Positions 16,973-27,334 are shown, numbered from the stretch's first letter. The stretch is DNA of 64,000 nt from Cryomorphaceae bacterium BACL11 MAG-121001-bin54 (GCA_905182255.1 CAJJAH010000007.1:14532-78531), one strand, 5' to 3'. Numbers and translations: made by a program. The notes: a model not told the origin generated them from the letters alone.

Positions 16973-17640
16973 TATTTACCTTCTACAATAATTACAAACT
17001 CTCCTTTAGGCTTCTTCTCTTCAAAATATTCCTTTACATCTTTCGCGCTTCCCCTTTTAGTTTCTTCAAACATTTTAGATATTTCTCTGGAAACAGAAAT
17101 AACTCTTTCGGATCCAAAATATTCCATAAACTGACTTAAAGTTTTAACAATCCTATGTGGCGATTCATAAAAAATCATTGTTCTCTCTTCCTCAGCTAAT
17201 AACTTTAATCTTGTCTGTCTTCCTTTTTTGGAAGGCAAAAAACCTTCAAAAATAAATTTTTCAGAAGGCAATCCTGAGTTTACTAAAGCCGGGACAAAAG
17301 CAGTTGCGCCCGGCAGACAATCTACCTCAATATTATGTTTTACACATTCTCGAACCAATAAAAAACCAGGGTCAGAAATTGCAGGAGTTCCAGCATCAGA
17401 AACAAGCGCAATGGCTTCTCCAAGCTTTAATCGCTCTATCCATTTATTAAGCACCTTATGTTCATTATGCATATGAAAGGGAGATAAAGAAGTATTTATA
17501 TCATAGTGAGTAAATAATTTTCTAGTGGTTCTGGTGTCCTCAGCCAAAACCATATCAACCTCTTTTAGTAAGCGTAAAGCTCTAATAGTTATATCCTCCA
17601 GGTTTCCTATTGGAGTCGGTATTAAATATAATTTTGACAT
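16972..17640 (-). CDS. rsmI: 16S rRNA (cytidine1402-2'-O)-methyltransferase
   Basis: LYLIPTPIGNLEDIT N-terminus, SDAGTPAISDPG motif. Confidence 0.9.
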   Translation of the reverse strand: MSKLYLIPTPIGNLEDITIRALRLLKEVDMVLAEDTRTTRKLFTHYDINTSLSPFHMHNEHKVLNKWIERLKLGEAIALVSDAGTPAISDPGFLLVRECVKHNIEVDCLPGATAFVPALVNSGLPSEKFIFEGFLPSKKGRQTRLKLLAEEERTMIFYESPHRIVKTLSQFMEYFGSERVISVSREISKMFEETKRGSAKDVKEYFEEKKPKGEFVIIVEGK

Positions 17641-17649
17641 CTTACAAAT

Positions 17650-18537
17650 CTATAGGAATAAAGGATATAATTCTAGTTTGGGACTAATTCTTATTGTGGG
17701 TGCTGGGAAGTGAAAATAATTAAGCCAATGTTTTACTTTTTTACCTGTTGGACTATTCCATTTCTTTAGCAGTTTTGGAATATCATAATCCAAAGCAACA
17801 TACCATTCATTGTTTCCTCCTGTTTTGCGATTACTTGAATTTAAATATTGAGTATCATCAATTCCAAAGCCTACAGCAACATTCAGCCAATTGGGCCAAT
17901 AGCGAGTTTTAACAAAATGATTAACATCAAAAGTTATCCAATAGGTTTGGTTAGGATAATCATCCTGCCAGGCATATTTATTGGTTTCTTTTCCTCTTTG
18001 TGCATCCAAATCCCAATAGATATTTGATTTTTTATAATATGAAAATTTAAAGTTAATTGCCTTTAAGTTAGCATTATAGAATTGGGCAACAGGCCAAAGG
18101 GAACCAGCTGAACCAAGTGCTAAATCCCATTTACTAAATCCCCAGTAAGGAGCATAAGCATCTTTCATTTCAATAGCTAACTGTAAACTTGTACCAAATA
18201 CCGCTCCATACCAAAGTGATTTTCTTTCCTTCATTCCTGCCCAGCGCATAGAAGAAGAAAAAAAATCAGCCGCTTGCAGTCCTCCCATAAAATGCCCTAA
18301 TTTATCGACATTTAACGCATAAGTAAGATCCGATCCATCATCAAAATGGAATGGAATTTGTTTGTCAGACCACCATGAACTTTCAACATATAAATAAGAT
18401 CCTCCTAATGTAGCTACCAAACCACTACTTACTAATAATACCCGCCCTCTTTTAATTTTTGTAGAGTCTGGTTTCGCATTAACGAAACATACAAGCAATA
18501 CCAAAATAGATAAAGAAAACAATCTTTTAAAATTCAT
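17650..18537 (-). CDS. secreted DUF2279-like protein
   Basis: Signal peptide, DKLGHFMGG motif, Trp/Tyr-rich C-terminal half. Family assignment is from memory only. Confidence 0.45.
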   Translation of the reverse strand: MNFKRLFSLSILVLLVCFVNAKPDSTKIKRGRVLLVSSGLVATLGGSYLYVESSWWSDKQIPFHFDDGSDLTYALNVDKLGHFMGGLQAADFFSSSMRWAGMKERKSLWYGAVFGTSLQLAIEMKDAYAPYWGFSKWDLALGSAGSLWPVAQFYNANLKAINFKFSYYKKSNIYWDLDAQRGKETNKYAWQDDYPNQTYWITFDVNHFVKTRYWPNWLNVAVGFGIDDTQYLNSSNRKTGGNNEWYVALDYDIPKLLKKWNSPTGKKVKHWLNYFHFPAPTIRISPKLELYPLFL

Positions 18538-18558
18538 TATAAAATAGAATAGCTTTTA

Positions 18559-18566
18559 TACATTTG
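18559..18566 (+). promoter_or_regulatory. -7 promoter box TAcaTTTG upstream of tdk
   Basis: TAnnTTTG 31 nt upstream of ATG 18598. Confidence 0.45.
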
Positions 18567-18597
18567 TTAGCAAACTTAATAAAACAAATTACGCTAA

Positions 18598-19173
18598 ATG
18601 TTTTTAGAATCACAAATAAATCATCCAATGCAAAATGGAAGTATTGAAGTAATTTGTGGCTCTATGTTCTCAGGAAAAACAGAAGAATTATTAAGACGAT
18701 TAAAAAGAGCTGAGTTTGCAAAACTTACTATTGCTGTTTTTAAGCCCAAAGTTGATAAACGATATGATAGACAAAAAGTAGTTTCTCATGACGATAATAA
18801 TATTGAAGCTGTATCTATTGGAAGTGCAAAAGATATTTTGAAACTAACCAACCAAATACAAGTTGTAGCTATTGATGAAGCTCAATTTTTTGATTCAGAA
18901 TTAATTGCTGTCTGCACTACACTGGCTAATTCTGGTAGAAGAGTAATTATTGCTGGATTAGATATGGATTTTTTAGGCAAACCTTTTGGTATTATGCCTG
19001 ATCTGCTAGCTATAGCTGAGCACATTACTAAAGTACATGCCATATGTATTGATTGCAGTGCAGTTGCCAATCATTCTTTTAGAAAAAATAATGATAAACA
19101 TCTCATTCAAATTGGAGAAAAGGAAGAGTATAAATCGCTATGCAGAGATTGTTTTTCAAGAAAAATGAGTTAA
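18598..19173 (+). CDS. tdk: thymidine kinase
   Basis: P-loop GSMFSGKTEELL, zinc ribbon CIDC...CRDC. Confidence 0.92.
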   Translation: MFLESQINHPMQNGSIEVICGSMFSGKTEELLRRLKRAEFAKLTIAVFKPKVDKRYDRQKVVSHDDNNIEAVSIGSAKDILKLTNQIQVVAIDEAQFFDSELIAVCTTLANSGRRVIIAGLDMDFLGKPFGIMPDLLAIAEHITKVHAICIDCSAVANHSFRKNNDKHLIQIGEKEEYKSLCRDCFSRKMS

Positions 19174-19177
19174 TAAA

Positions 19178-20257
19178 ATGAAAGTAATTCATCAAACTAT
19201 ATTAGAAGTAGATCTTAATAAATTATCTAATAATTTTAATTATCTAAAAAGTAAATTAAAACCAAACACAAAAATTATTGCAGTTGTAAAGGCATATGCT
19301 TATGGACATGGTGATGTCGCTATTTCAAGCTACCTAGAAAAGCTGGGAGCTCATGCTTTATGGGTCGCAGACTTTGAAGAGGGCACTCGTATTAGAAAAA
19401 GTGGAATTAACATTCCTATTATTATTGCAAATCCTGGTACAAAAAGCACACAAGAAATTATTGACAATAAACTAGATATTGTTATATATAATTATGAATT
19501 ACTGCATCTTTATGGAAAATTAGACACAGAAATTAGGATACATATTAAGTTTAATACGGGAATGAACCGTTATGGGTTTAATGTAAGTGAAGTGGATAAC
19601 GTTCTAGCTGATTTACGAAAATATCCAAAACTTAAAATACAAAGTATTTGCTCGCATTTAGCTGCAAGTGATAATAGTACAGAAGATAATTTTACAAACG
19701 AACAATTTCAAGCTTTTGATAATATATCTAATTCATTTTCAAGCGGTTTTGATCAACTAATTGACAGGCATATCTTAAATACAAATGGTGTATTGCGCTT
19801 CCCGAATAAAGGATATGAAATGGTAAGGTTAGGGATAGGGCTATATGGAGTCAGCAATAACAGTAGCCTAAAACAAATAAGTTCTCTTAAAAGTGTTATT
19901 TCACAAGTAAGAAATATAAAAAAGGGAAGTAGGGTTGGTTATGATGCGTCATATATAGCAAGAGAAGATATTACAGTTGGAGTTGTGCCTTTTGGCTATG
20001 CAGATGGCCTAAACAGAAAGTTAAGTAGTAAAAGTGGAGTTATAATAGTGCAAAATATAATGTGCCCAATTATTGGTAAAATTAGTATGGATTCTTGCAT
20101 GATTAATCTTAAAGGAACATCTGCTGAAACTGGAGATGAAGTGGTTATTTTTGGAGAAGAAAATACAATTTCATCAATAGCAAGCAAGCTAAATACTATA
20201 CCTTATGAAATTTTTTCTAGTTTAAATAGACGAATTAAGCGGGTTTACTCATGCTGA
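19178..20257 (+). CDS. alr: alanine racemase
   Basis: PLP-lysine motif AVVKAYAYGHG, 359 aa. Confidence 0.9.
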   Translation: MKVIHQTILEVDLNKLSNNFNYLKSKLKPNTKIIAVVKAYAYGHGDVAISSYLEKLGAHALWVADFEEGTRIRKSGINIPIIIANPGTKSTQEIIDNKLDIVIYNYELLHLYGKLDTEIRIHIKFNTGMNRYGFNVSEVDNVLADLRKYPKLKIQSICSHLAASDNSTEDNFTNEQFQAFDNISNSFSSGFDQLIDRHILNTNGVLRFPNKGYEMVRLGIGLYGVSNNSSLKQISSLKSVISQVRNIKKGSRVGYDASYIAREDITVGVVPFGYADGLNRKLSSKSGVIIVQNIMCPIIGKISMDSCMINLKGTSAETGDEVVIFGEENTISSIASKLNTIPYEIFSSLNRRIKRVYSC

Positions 20258-21429
20258 TACCTAGTATATATTGTGTATAAAAACATATAGCAGATAGTTA
20301 AAATAAAAATAAAAAAGTAAGAATCAACAAGCATCAGTAACATAAAAGATAAAGGAAGTAAAACCCTATGAACACCATCCTTTTTTCTGAATAATTCTTT
20401 TAACTGATAATAGAATATTAATAGCAGCAAAACTAAGCCTACGACACCCAATTCAAACCAAACATAAAGATATTGATTATGTGGAGTTGTATGCCGATTA
20501 AATTTGTGTCCTGATTTCACCTGTTCATAAAAAATAGTTCCAAAACTACCAGTTCCAAAACCAAATATTGGTTTTTCTTTAATTCTATTTAGTGATTCTT
20601 TAATAAATACATAACGAATATCTTTAATCTTCCCACCTTTTTTATCTCCATTATTTTGGATAATATTAGATAGTGCATCAAATCTATCTTTATACACATT
20701 TGTAGAACTATATATTAGGAACTGAAATGAAAATAGTAATACTAAAAATGCACAGATCCTCAATAAGTTTCTCCTGCTATAGTAGATAATATAAAAAACT
20801 GCTGATAAATTAAAGATAACCTGCCCAGCCCTTCCTCTTTCTGTAAATATACTAATTGAATAAACTATAATAAACAATAGCAATAAATAAGTATACTTAC
20901 TTTTTTTCTCAATTAAAATATAGAGAGATAATGATGTTGCAAGTGCAAGAATAACATTATGATAATTATATGTGATAAATGCGGAATTTCTCCATGATGG
21001 ATCAATAAAAGAAAGGTATTCTGATAGAGGTAAGATAATATTATTATTAATTGCTATGGCTGTAAAAGCAGAAATAAAAGCGGTTCCCAAAAATGAAAAA
21101 ACTGCTTTTTTAATTGTTTCTTGTTTTAAATTCATAGTCATTAAAACAGGAAATATCAGTAATAACGCTAAGCGTTGGAATTGCCAATCCGCATTCAGGT
21201 GCTGCTCACCCCATAGCATCCCTAATGCATAAAAACATATTAAGGCAAAAATTGCAATCATCCAATTGGAAGATTTAATAATATCAAATTTAGCTTTAAA
21301 ATTTCTTTCAAGAATCCAACAAAGAGCCAACAAGCCAATAATTAAATTTGTTATGGCTATGGAAGTAGGAATAAAAACTCCCAATAGAACAAAGAGGAAT
21401 TGCTGAATTCTAAATATAAATTTATTCAT
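20245..21429 (-). CDS. O-antigen ligase (Wzy_C)-like polytopic membrane protein
   Basis: About 10 TM helices with a central loop (GDKKGGKIKD...TPHNQYLYVWFELG) typical of the O-antigen ligase family. Confidence 0.65.
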   Translation of the reverse strand: MNKFIFRIQQFLFVLLGVFIPTSIAITNLIIGLLALCWILERNFKAKFDIIKSSNWMIAIFALICFYALGMLWGEQHLNADWQFQRLALLLIFPVLMTMNLKQETIKKAVFSFLGTAFISAFTAIAINNNIILPLSEYLSFIDPSWRNSAFITYNYHNVILALATSLSLYILIEKKSKYTYLLLLFIIVYSISIFTERGRAGQVIFNLSAVFYIIYYSRRNLLRICAFLVLLFSFQFLIYSSTNVYKDRFDALSNIIQNNGDKKGGKIKDIRYVFIKESLNRIKEKPIFGFGTGSFGTIFYEQVKSGHKFNRHTTPHNQYLYVWFELGVVGLVLLLLIFYYQLKELFRKKDGVHRVLLPLSFMLLMLVDSYFFIFILTICYMFLYTIYTRYQHE

Positions 21430-23068
21430 TACCTAAGATATCGTTATAAAGATCTTCATTCTGTAAAACTTCAATTGCTTTTTTAAGTTCAGAATCAAAA
21501 TTTAATGATGATTTTATTCTTCCTATTTGATAAAAATAACGGCTTGAAATCTCACCTGCCAATATTTCTTTTAAGTCTTGTTTATTGGTAAACAAATCAT
21601 CTCCTTTATTTGCCTCCAACTGTGCTAATAAATTTTCGTACTCTTCACTTAAGTCTTCAAAATAACCTTCATCAATCGCTTTCTGCTTTACTTTTTCTAA
21701 TGCTTGTTCAGTTTTTGTTTTGTAGTTGTATTCTTTATCTGAAAGATAATGCTCAAAATGCTTATATGCGTCATCTGAAAAAATAAAATTTTCTGAAATA
21801 GTATCATTTTCAAACCTAAAGTCAGTAGCATAATCAAAGAACAGGCGTTCTCTAAAAAGAGAAATTATAATATTACTTACAGTGCCTATTTCAGTAATAA
21901 TATCAGGGTTAATCCCCCCCCCATCAAAGACCTCTCTTCCGTTTTTAGTTTTAAAAGCCGTCATGAGTGAATCTGGAACTTTCCCGACACTTCCGTCTTC
22001 ATTTCTATTGGAATAATCTAATGCCTGGATACATCTTCCACTAGGAATATAATACTTGGCGACTGTAAGTTTTAGCTGTGAATTATAGGATAGTTTTCTT
22101 GTTTGCTGAACTAATCCCTTACCATAACTTCTTTGTCCTATTACCACCCCTCGATCTAGATCCTGAATTGCGCCTGAAACAATCTCAGAAGCTGAAGCTG
22201 ATGACGAATTTATTAGCACAACTAAAGGCACTTTAGTATCTAGCGGTTTATTATTTGCTATATATGATTTTTCCCAAGACTTAATTTTACCTTTTGTACT
22301 TACTATCTCCTCCCCTTTTTCTACAAAAAGATTGACTATATCAACTGACTCATTTAGTAATCCGCCAGGATTACTTCTTAAGTCTATAATTAATCCTTTT
22401 AATTCTCCTTCGGACTTTAACTTATCTATTGCTCTTTTAATATCCTTACTGCAATTTCTAGTGAAACTTCTTAGTTTAACATAACCAATCCCATCTTCAA
22501 CATAATCAGAATAAGGAACACTTTTAACAGATACCTTTTCTCTATCAAAAGTAACTGCAAATGGTTTTTCAAGGTTTTTTCGTTCAATCAATAAAGTTAC
22601 AGAAGTATTTGGTTGTCCTTTCAAGACCTTGCTTACCTCTTCGGTGGTTTTATCTCTAGCTGTTTTTCCATTAATCTCAAGGATTTTGTCTCCAGCCATA
22701 AGCCCTGCTTTCTGAGCAGGAAACCCCTCATAAGGCTCACTTACATAAACATAATTTTCTCTTTTTGTAATTATTGCCCCTATACCTCCGTATTGACCTG
22801 TAGTCATAAAACGAAAATCTTCAATGTCAGATTCTGGGATATAAGCTGTGTAGGGGTCTAAAGATTTTAACATCTTATCAATACCTTCTTTCATTAATTT
22901 TCCAGGATCGGTTTCGTCTACATAAAAAGTATTTAGTTCTTTGTAAAGAGTGGTGAAAATATCAAGATTTTTTGCAATCTCAAAGTAATTATCTGTAAAG
23001 CCAATAGAAATTAATGATGTAAATACCAGAGCAAATGCTAAAATTAAAAGTTTAAATCTTTTCTTCAT
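21422..23068 (-). CDS. S41 family C-terminal processing peptidase
   Basis: PDZ region (GGIGAII...GDKILEING), catalytic region LINSSSASASEI and GQRSYGKG. Start moved to MKKRFKLL (ATG 23068). Confidence 0.88.
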   Translation of the reverse strand: MKKRFKLLILAFALVFTSLISIGFTDNYFEIAKNLDIFTTLYKELNTFYVDETDPGKLMKEGIDKMLKSLDPYTAYIPESDIEDFRFMTTGQYGGIGAIITKRENYVYVSEPYEGFPAQKAGLMAGDKILEINGKTARDKTTEEVSKVLKGQPNTSVTLLIERKNLEKPFAVTFDREKVSVKSVPYSDYVEDGIGYVKLRSFTRNCSKDIKRAIDKLKSEGELKGLIIDLRSNPGGLLNESVDIVNLFVEKGEEIVSTKGKIKSWEKSYIANNKPLDTKVPLVVLINSSSASASEIVSGAIQDLDRGVVIGQRSYGKGLVQQTRKLSYNSQLKLTVAKYYIPSGRCIQALDYSNRNEDGSVGKVPDSLMTAFKTKNGREVFDGGGINPDIITEIGTVSNIIISLFRERLFFDYATDFRFENDTISENFIFSDDAYKHFEHYLSDKEYNYKTKTEQALEKVKQKAIDEGYFEDLSEEYENLLAQLEANKGDDLFTNKQDLKEILAGEISSRYFYQIGRIKSSLNFDSELKKAIEVLQNEDLYNDILGNE

Positions 23069-23078
23069 ATATATATTT

Positions 23079-23300
23079 TTACTGAACAGGGTCATGTCCA
23101 TGCCCTCCCCACGGATGACAAGTTAATATTCTTTGCAAAGTTAATTTTCCTCCTTTCCAAGGTCCATATTTTAATATTGCTTCTAATCCATAAGACGAAC
23201 AAGTTGGTGTATACCTACATGTTTGCAGGAATAAAGGCGAAATAGTCTTTTGATAGAAAACAATTATTATTCGGAAGATAAAAGAAAAGAAAATATTCAT
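23079..23300 (-). CDS. yidD: membrane protein insertion efficiency factor
   Basis: [15 protein letters not shown] signature, 73 aa, ATGA-type overlap with rnpA. Confidence 0.9.
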   Translation of the reverse strand: MNIFFSFIFRIIIVFYQKTISPLFLQTCRYTPTCSSYGLEAILKYGPWKGGKLTLQRILTCHPWGGHGHDPVQ

Positions 23301-23671
23301 ATTTCTTTCCTTAAACGTTCTAAAATTAATTTTATTTCTTCTTCTACATTTTTATAATACATTATTTTTCTACTCTGGTAAATAATAGCAATACTTAATT
23401 TTAATTTTTTTCTTTTTAACATGTTTTCAAATTCAATTTTATTCAGCCTATAGGCTTCCTTCATTCTCCTGTTAATAACATTTCTTTTTACAGCTAGCCT
23501 TATCTTTTTCTTAGGAACAACAATAATTGACTTAAGCGTAATTTCATTTTCAGTATTATCTTCGAACCAAACTAAACGAAAATTAGTTGTTGTAAATGAT
23601 TTCCCGCTAGAAAACATCTCTTTAATAACAGTTTCGCTACACAACTTTTGTTTTTTTGGAAACTCAAACAT
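23297..23671 (-). CDS. rnpA: ribonuclease P protein component
   Basis: Basic 124-aa protein with [16 protein letters not shown] (RNR motif). Confidence 0.88.
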   Translation of the reverse strand: MFEFPKKQKLCSETVIKEMFSSGKSFTTTNFRLVWFEDNTENEITLKSIIVVPKKKIRLAVKRNVINRRMKEAYRLNKIEFENMLKRKKLKLSIAIIYQSRKIMYYKNVEEEIKLILERLRKEI

Positions 23672-23684
23672 ATGATAAAATTAC

Positions 23685-23707
23685 AAAAAAAGGAGCTCTG
23701 AAGCTCC
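23685..23707 (-). terminator. rho-independent terminator downstream of hemD
   Basis: Minus strand GGAGCU-UCAG-AGCUCC followed by a U7 tract. Lies between the hemD stop and the rnpA start. Confidence 0.7.
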
Positions 23708-23732
23708 CTTAAATTATTTATTTAACAATAAA

Positions 23733-24497
23733 TTATCTTCTTCTTTTATTAGCTTCTTTAACATACTGATCCAAAGCCATTGACATGGAGGGAGCCTTTT
23801 TATTTGGAGCTGCAATATCAACTCTCAATCCATTGTCTTTAACAGACTTGATAGTAGTTGGCCCAAAAACAGCTAGTCTAGTTTCACCTTGTACAAATTC
23901 TGGGAAATTCTCTAAAAGAGATTTAATTCCCGTTGGACTAAAAAATACAAGGACATCATATTTAACATCATTTAAGTCAGATAAATCAGAACAAGCAACT
24001 TTATACATTTGTGCTTTCGTGTATTCCAAGCCACTTTCCTCTAAAGATTTATTCATCTGTTTTTTAAGCACGTCTGAACAAGGAAATAAAAACTTTGAGT
24101 CCTTATGTTTTTGCATGATAGGAATTAGACTCGCTAAAGTTTGTTCGCCTGTAAATATTTTACGCTTTCGGTATGTTATAAAGTTTTGTAGGTAATGAGC
24201 AATGGCTTCAGAAACACAAAAGTATTTTGTAAAATCAGGAATCCTCAATCTTAATTTCTCCATCATTCCAAAATAATGATCCATAGCATTTTTTGAAGTA
24301 AAAATTACAGCATCATGATTTAATATAGAAATTCTTTGTTCCCTGAATTCTTGCGCAGAAATTTCCTCAACATGCATAAAAGGTCTATAATCGATCTTTA
24401 ATTTATGCTTTAACTCAATAGCTGCATACGGAGATTTTCCTTCAGGTTTTGGTTGTGAAATTAATATTGACTTTACTTTCTTCATTTTTTCTATCAT
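23733..24497 (-). CDS. hemD: uroporphyrinogen-III synthase
   Basis: 254 aa, ILISQPKP N-terminus and two-lobed HEM4-like layout. Adjacent DUF4271 gene is the usual Bacteroidota neighbour. Confidence 0.6.
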   Translation of the reverse strand: MIEKMKKVKSILISQPKPEGKSPYAAIELKHKLKIDYRPFMHVEEISAQEFREQRISILNHDAVIFTSKNAMDHYFGMMEKLRLRIPDFTKYFCVSEAIAHYLQNFITYRKRKIFTGEQTLASLIPIMQKHKDSKFLFPCSDVLKKQMNKSLEESGLEYTKAQMYKVACSDLSDLNDVKYDVLVFFSPTGIKSLLENFPEFVQGETRLAVFGPTTIKSVKDNGLRVDIAAPNKKAPSMSMALDQYVKEANKRRR

Positions 24498-24513
24498 TCC
24501 TTATGCCTTTTAA

Positions 24514-25155
24514 TTAATAAACAACTTCCTTTCCTAGTAATAGGAGTGGAGAAATTTCGAGCGCGCAAAGATACAAAAAAATATAGAAATGAGGAATTCC
24601 AAAGGAATTTACCCCTATCTTCCAAAGCCAAAATAACTTTAGCAATAAGAGAACTATAAAAACAATAGCGACAATTAAAATGACGAAAGGAGTAATATTA
24701 AATACGAAAAAATAGAGCAATATTGCCAAAGGAAAGAGGCAAAATCCAAGAGCTCTATCAAAAAGAAAAGAAAAGAAGATACCTAAATTTGCAATATCTT
24801 TTAACTTAAAAATACTTCCTAATAAAAGTATTAATCCAATTTTAATTATAAAGAATAGCATCACCCCAGTCAATAAACTAAAAATTGATGAGGTAGAATT
24901 TTGAGGAATTAGCTTTAAAATAATTAATGAAATATTAATTGACATCAGTAAAAAAGTAATAAAATTTACCCTTTCAGTAAAAGCGTTTTCCTCTCTTAAG
25001 TATTGATTAGCATAACGTTGGGCAAAAACTCCCATAAAAAGAAGCTTTGCATGCTTCCAATAGAATGACTTTAATATTGCAATTAAAAAAAATGAAATTG
25101 TAAGCAATATAAATATTAAATCCTGATTTAAAATAGTTTTTATCAACGCAATCAT
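24514..25155 (-). CDS. DUF4271-like polytopic membrane protein
   Basis: 213 aa, 5-6 TMs, conserved position upstream of hemD. Confidence 0.55.
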   Translation of the reverse strand: MIALIKTILNQDLIFILLTISFFLIAILKSFYWKHAKLLFMGVFAQRYANQYLREENAFTERVNFITFLLMSINISLIILKLIPQNSTSSIFSLLTGVMLFFIIKIGLILLLGSIFKLKDIANLGIFFSFLFDRALGFCLFPLAILLYFFVFNITPFVILIVAIVFIVLLLLKLFWLWKIGVNSFGIPHFYIFLYLCALEISPLLLLGKEVVY

Positions 25156-25175
25156 TAATGTTATTATTCCGAATG

Positions 25176-25183
25176 CAAATATA
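25176..25183 (-). promoter_or_regulatory. -7 promoter box TAtaTTTG upstream of DUF4271-like gene
   Basis: Reverse complement of caaatata. 20 nt upstream of ATG 25155. Confidence 0.5.
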
Positions 25184-25218
25184 CCTTTTAAGAAATCAAT
25201 TTTTAGCTATAAAATATA

Positions 25219-25226
25219 TACTTTTG
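25219..25226 (+). promoter_or_regulatory. -7 promoter box TActTTTG upstream of acyl-CoA dehydrogenase
   Basis: 20 nt upstream of ATG 25247. Confidence 0.5.
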
Positions 25227-25246
25227 TGAAAAATTTAACAAAAATT

Positions 25247-26425
25247 ATGTCACAAGATTTATACCAAGCCCCTGACTACTTCCAAATGGACGAACTTCTA
25301 ACGGAAGAGCATAAATTAATAAGAGATGCTGCTAGAGAATGGGTGAAAAAAGAAGTCTCTCCAATTATTGAAGAGGCTTGTCAGAAAGCTGAATTTCCAA
25401 AACAAATTATAAAAGGACTGGGAGAAATTGGTGGCTTTGGTCCCTACGTTCCCGTAGAATATGGAGGTGCTGGTCTTGACCAAATTTCTTATGGGCTAAT
25501 AATGCAAGAATTAGAAAGAGGGGATAGTGGTATTCGCTCTACTTCATCTGTTCAGTCATCACTGGTAATGTATCCAATTTGGAAATACGGTAGCGAAGAA
25601 CAAAAAATAAAGTTTTTACCAAAACTAGCAACTGGAGAACTTATTGGGTGTTTTGGTCTTACTGAGCCTGACCATGGGTCAAATCCTGGAGGGATGGTAA
25701 CAAATATTAAAGATAAGGGTGATCATTATATATTAAATGGCGCTAAAATGTGGATCTCAAACTCTCCTTTTGCTGATGTTGCTGTGGTATGGGCAAAAAA
25801 CGAAGATGGAAGAATTAAGGGTGTATTAGTAGAAAGAGGAATGGAGGGATTCTCCACACCTGAAACACACAATAAATGGAGTTTAAGAGCTTCGGCAACT
25901 GGGGAGTTAGTATTTGATAATGTAAAAATTCCTAAAAATAATATTCTACCAAATAGAGATGGGTTGGGAGCTCCGTTAGAGTGTTTAGATTCTGCAAGAT
26001 ACGGAATTGCATGGGGAACAATTGGTACAGCAATGGATTGCTATGATACTGCACTAAGATATGCTAAACAAAGAATACAATTTGGAAAACCAATCGCTTC
26101 TTTTCAATTACAACAAAAAAAGTTAGCTGAAATGATTACTGAAATTACTAAAGCACAATTATTAACTTGGCGCTTAGGAGTGCTTAAGAATGAAGGAAGA
26201 GCAACTACAGCGCAAATATCTATGTGCAAACGTAATAATGTTGACATGGCTCTTAATATTGCTCGTGAGGCGAGGCAAATTTTAGGTGCTATGGGTATTA
26301 CAGGAGAGTATTCTATTATGAGACATATGATGAATTTAGAGTCAGTAGTTACTTATGAAGGAACACACGATATTCACTTGTTAATTACAGGAATGGATAT
26401 CACAGGGGAAAACGCTTTTAAATAA
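25247..26425 (+). CDS. acyl-CoA dehydrogenase (glutaryl-CoA dehydrogenase-like)
   Basis: GCFGLTEPDHGSNPGGM, YEGTHDIH motifs. Start moved to ATG 25247 because the track GTG at 25226 overlaps the -7 promoter box. Confidence 0.88.
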   Translation: MSQDLYQAPDYFQMDELLTEEHKLIRDAAREWVKKEVSPIIEEACQKAEFPKQIIKGLGEIGGFGPYVPVEYGGAGLDQISYGLIMQELERGDSGIRSTSSVQSSLVMYPIWKYGSEEQKIKFLPKLATGELIGCFGLTEPDHGSNPGGMVTNIKDKGDHYILNGAKMWISNSPFADVAVVWAKNEDGRIKGVLVERGMEGFSTPETHNKWSLRASATGELVFDNVKIPKNNILPNRDGLGAPLECLDSARYGIAWGTIGTAMDCYDTALRYAKQRIQFGKPIASFQLQQKKLAEMITEITKAQLLTWRLGVLKNEGRATTAQISMCKRNNVDMALNIAREARQILGAMGITGEYSIMRHMMNLESVVTYEGTHDIHLLITGMDITGENAFK

Positions 26426-26430
26426 GCTTA

Positions 26431-26706
26431 ATGAAAGGTATATTTAGAATTATTGCATTTTTGGAAGGAGTATCTTACATACTCCTTCTTTTTATTGCCG
26501 TCCCAATTAAATATAGTCTGGGAGACTCAACCTACGTAAAACTATTGGGAATGCCACACGGGATATTGTTTGTTGCTTACTTATTATTTGCAATCATTAT
26601 TAAAAATAATGAAAAGTGGAATAAAACTGAATTATTCATTGTTTTAATATGTTCCATTTTACCTTTTGGAACTTTCTATATAGATAAGAAATATTTAAAA
26701 ATATAG
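26431..26706 (+). CDS. DUF3817-like small membrane protein
   Basis: FRIIAFLEGVSYILLLFIAVPIKY...GMPHGILFVAYLL pattern, 91 aa. Confidence 0.65.
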   Translation: MKGIFRIIAFLEGVSYILLLFIAVPIKYSLGDSTYVKLLGMPHGILFVAYLLFAIIIKNNEKWNKTELFIVLICSILPFGTFYIDKKYLKI

Positions 26707-26736
26707 GAAAGATAAACGAACTATATAACTCGTCTT

Positions 26737-27303
26737 TTACTTACTTATCTTTTTGGCAACATCCAACAAGTCCTCGTACCAATCTTTTCCATATTTGCGA
26801 ATGAGCGGTTCTTTTAAAAAAGCATAAATAGGTACTTCTAATTCGCTACCACATTTACAAGCAGGCTCACAAATTTTAATTTCCTCATAATTTATAGCAT
26901 CAAAATCACGATATTCTTTAATGCGTATTGGAAATAAATGGCACGAAATTGGTTTTTTAAAATCTATTTTTCCTTTTATATATGCTTTTTCAATAGTACA
27001 TTTTGTAATTCCATTTTCAAAAGTCACAAAAGCACATTCCTTATTATTTACAAGTGGAGTAGTCAAATCGCCATCTGCATCATAGACTGCAACTCCCTGA
27101 TTTTCAACTTCAATAATTCCTTCATCTCTCATGTAGGGCTTTACTTTCTCGTATATCTCATGTAGGATGCTTTCTTCTTCTTTTAATAATGGCGCTCCTG
27201 AATCACCTTCTACGCAACAAGCCCCTTTACAAGTGTTTAAATCACACACAAAATGTTTTTCAAAAACATCCAAAGAAATTATTTTATCCTGCACTTGAAT
27301 CAT
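26737..27303 (-). CDS. DUF3109-like Cys-rich protein
   Basis: 188 aa with CKGACCVEG, CAFV, CHLFPIR, CEPACKCG clusters. Confidence 0.6.
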   Translation of the reverse strand: MIQVQDKIISLDVFEKHFVCDLNTCKGACCVEGDSGAPLLKEEESILHEIYEKVKPYMRDEGIIEVENQGVAVYDADGDLTTPLVNNKECAFVTFENGITKCTIEKAYIKGKIDFKKPISCHLFPIRIKEYRDFDAINYEEIKICEPACKCGSELEVPIYAFLKEPLIRKYGKDWYEDLLDVAKKISK

Positions 27304-27307
27304 AAGA

Positions 27308-27315
27308 CAAAACTA
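27308..27315 (-). promoter_or_regulatory. -7 promoter box TAgtTTTG, 4 nt upstream of DUF3109-like ATG
   Basis: Reverse complement of caaaacta. N4 spacing to ATG 27303. Confidence 0.55.
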
Positions 27316-27326
27316 CAATAAATTAC

Positions 27327-27334
27327 TACTTTTG
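27327..27334 (+). promoter_or_regulatory. -7 promoter box TActTTTG, 4 nt upstream of glyQS ATG
   Basis: N4 spacing to ATG 27339. Confidence 0.55.

Noticed and set aside
15915-16974. One-nucleotide TAATG/TGATG and four-nucleotide ATGA stop/start overlaps (15917, 16972, 29224, 41145, 47579, 53806, 55801, 8775, 12429, 34127, 36448, 41849, 56748) as a special feature.
   Set aside because: These are common signatures of translational coupling in compact bacterial operons. They are useful for operon calls but not unusual in themselves.
23079-23671. rnpA-yidD without flanking rpmH or yidC as an anomaly.
   Set aside because: As far as I recall, separation of rpmH and yidC from rnpA-yidD is usual in Bacteroidota. 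A terminator and a near-consensus promoter upstream of rnpA explain independent expression.
26939-26953. Sigma-54-like element TGGCAC-N5-TGGT on the plus strand (rpoN is present in the window).
   Set aside because: The -12 element lacks the conserved GC. The site is inside the DUF3109-like CDS on the antisense strand, and no plus-strand gene starts within about 390 bp.
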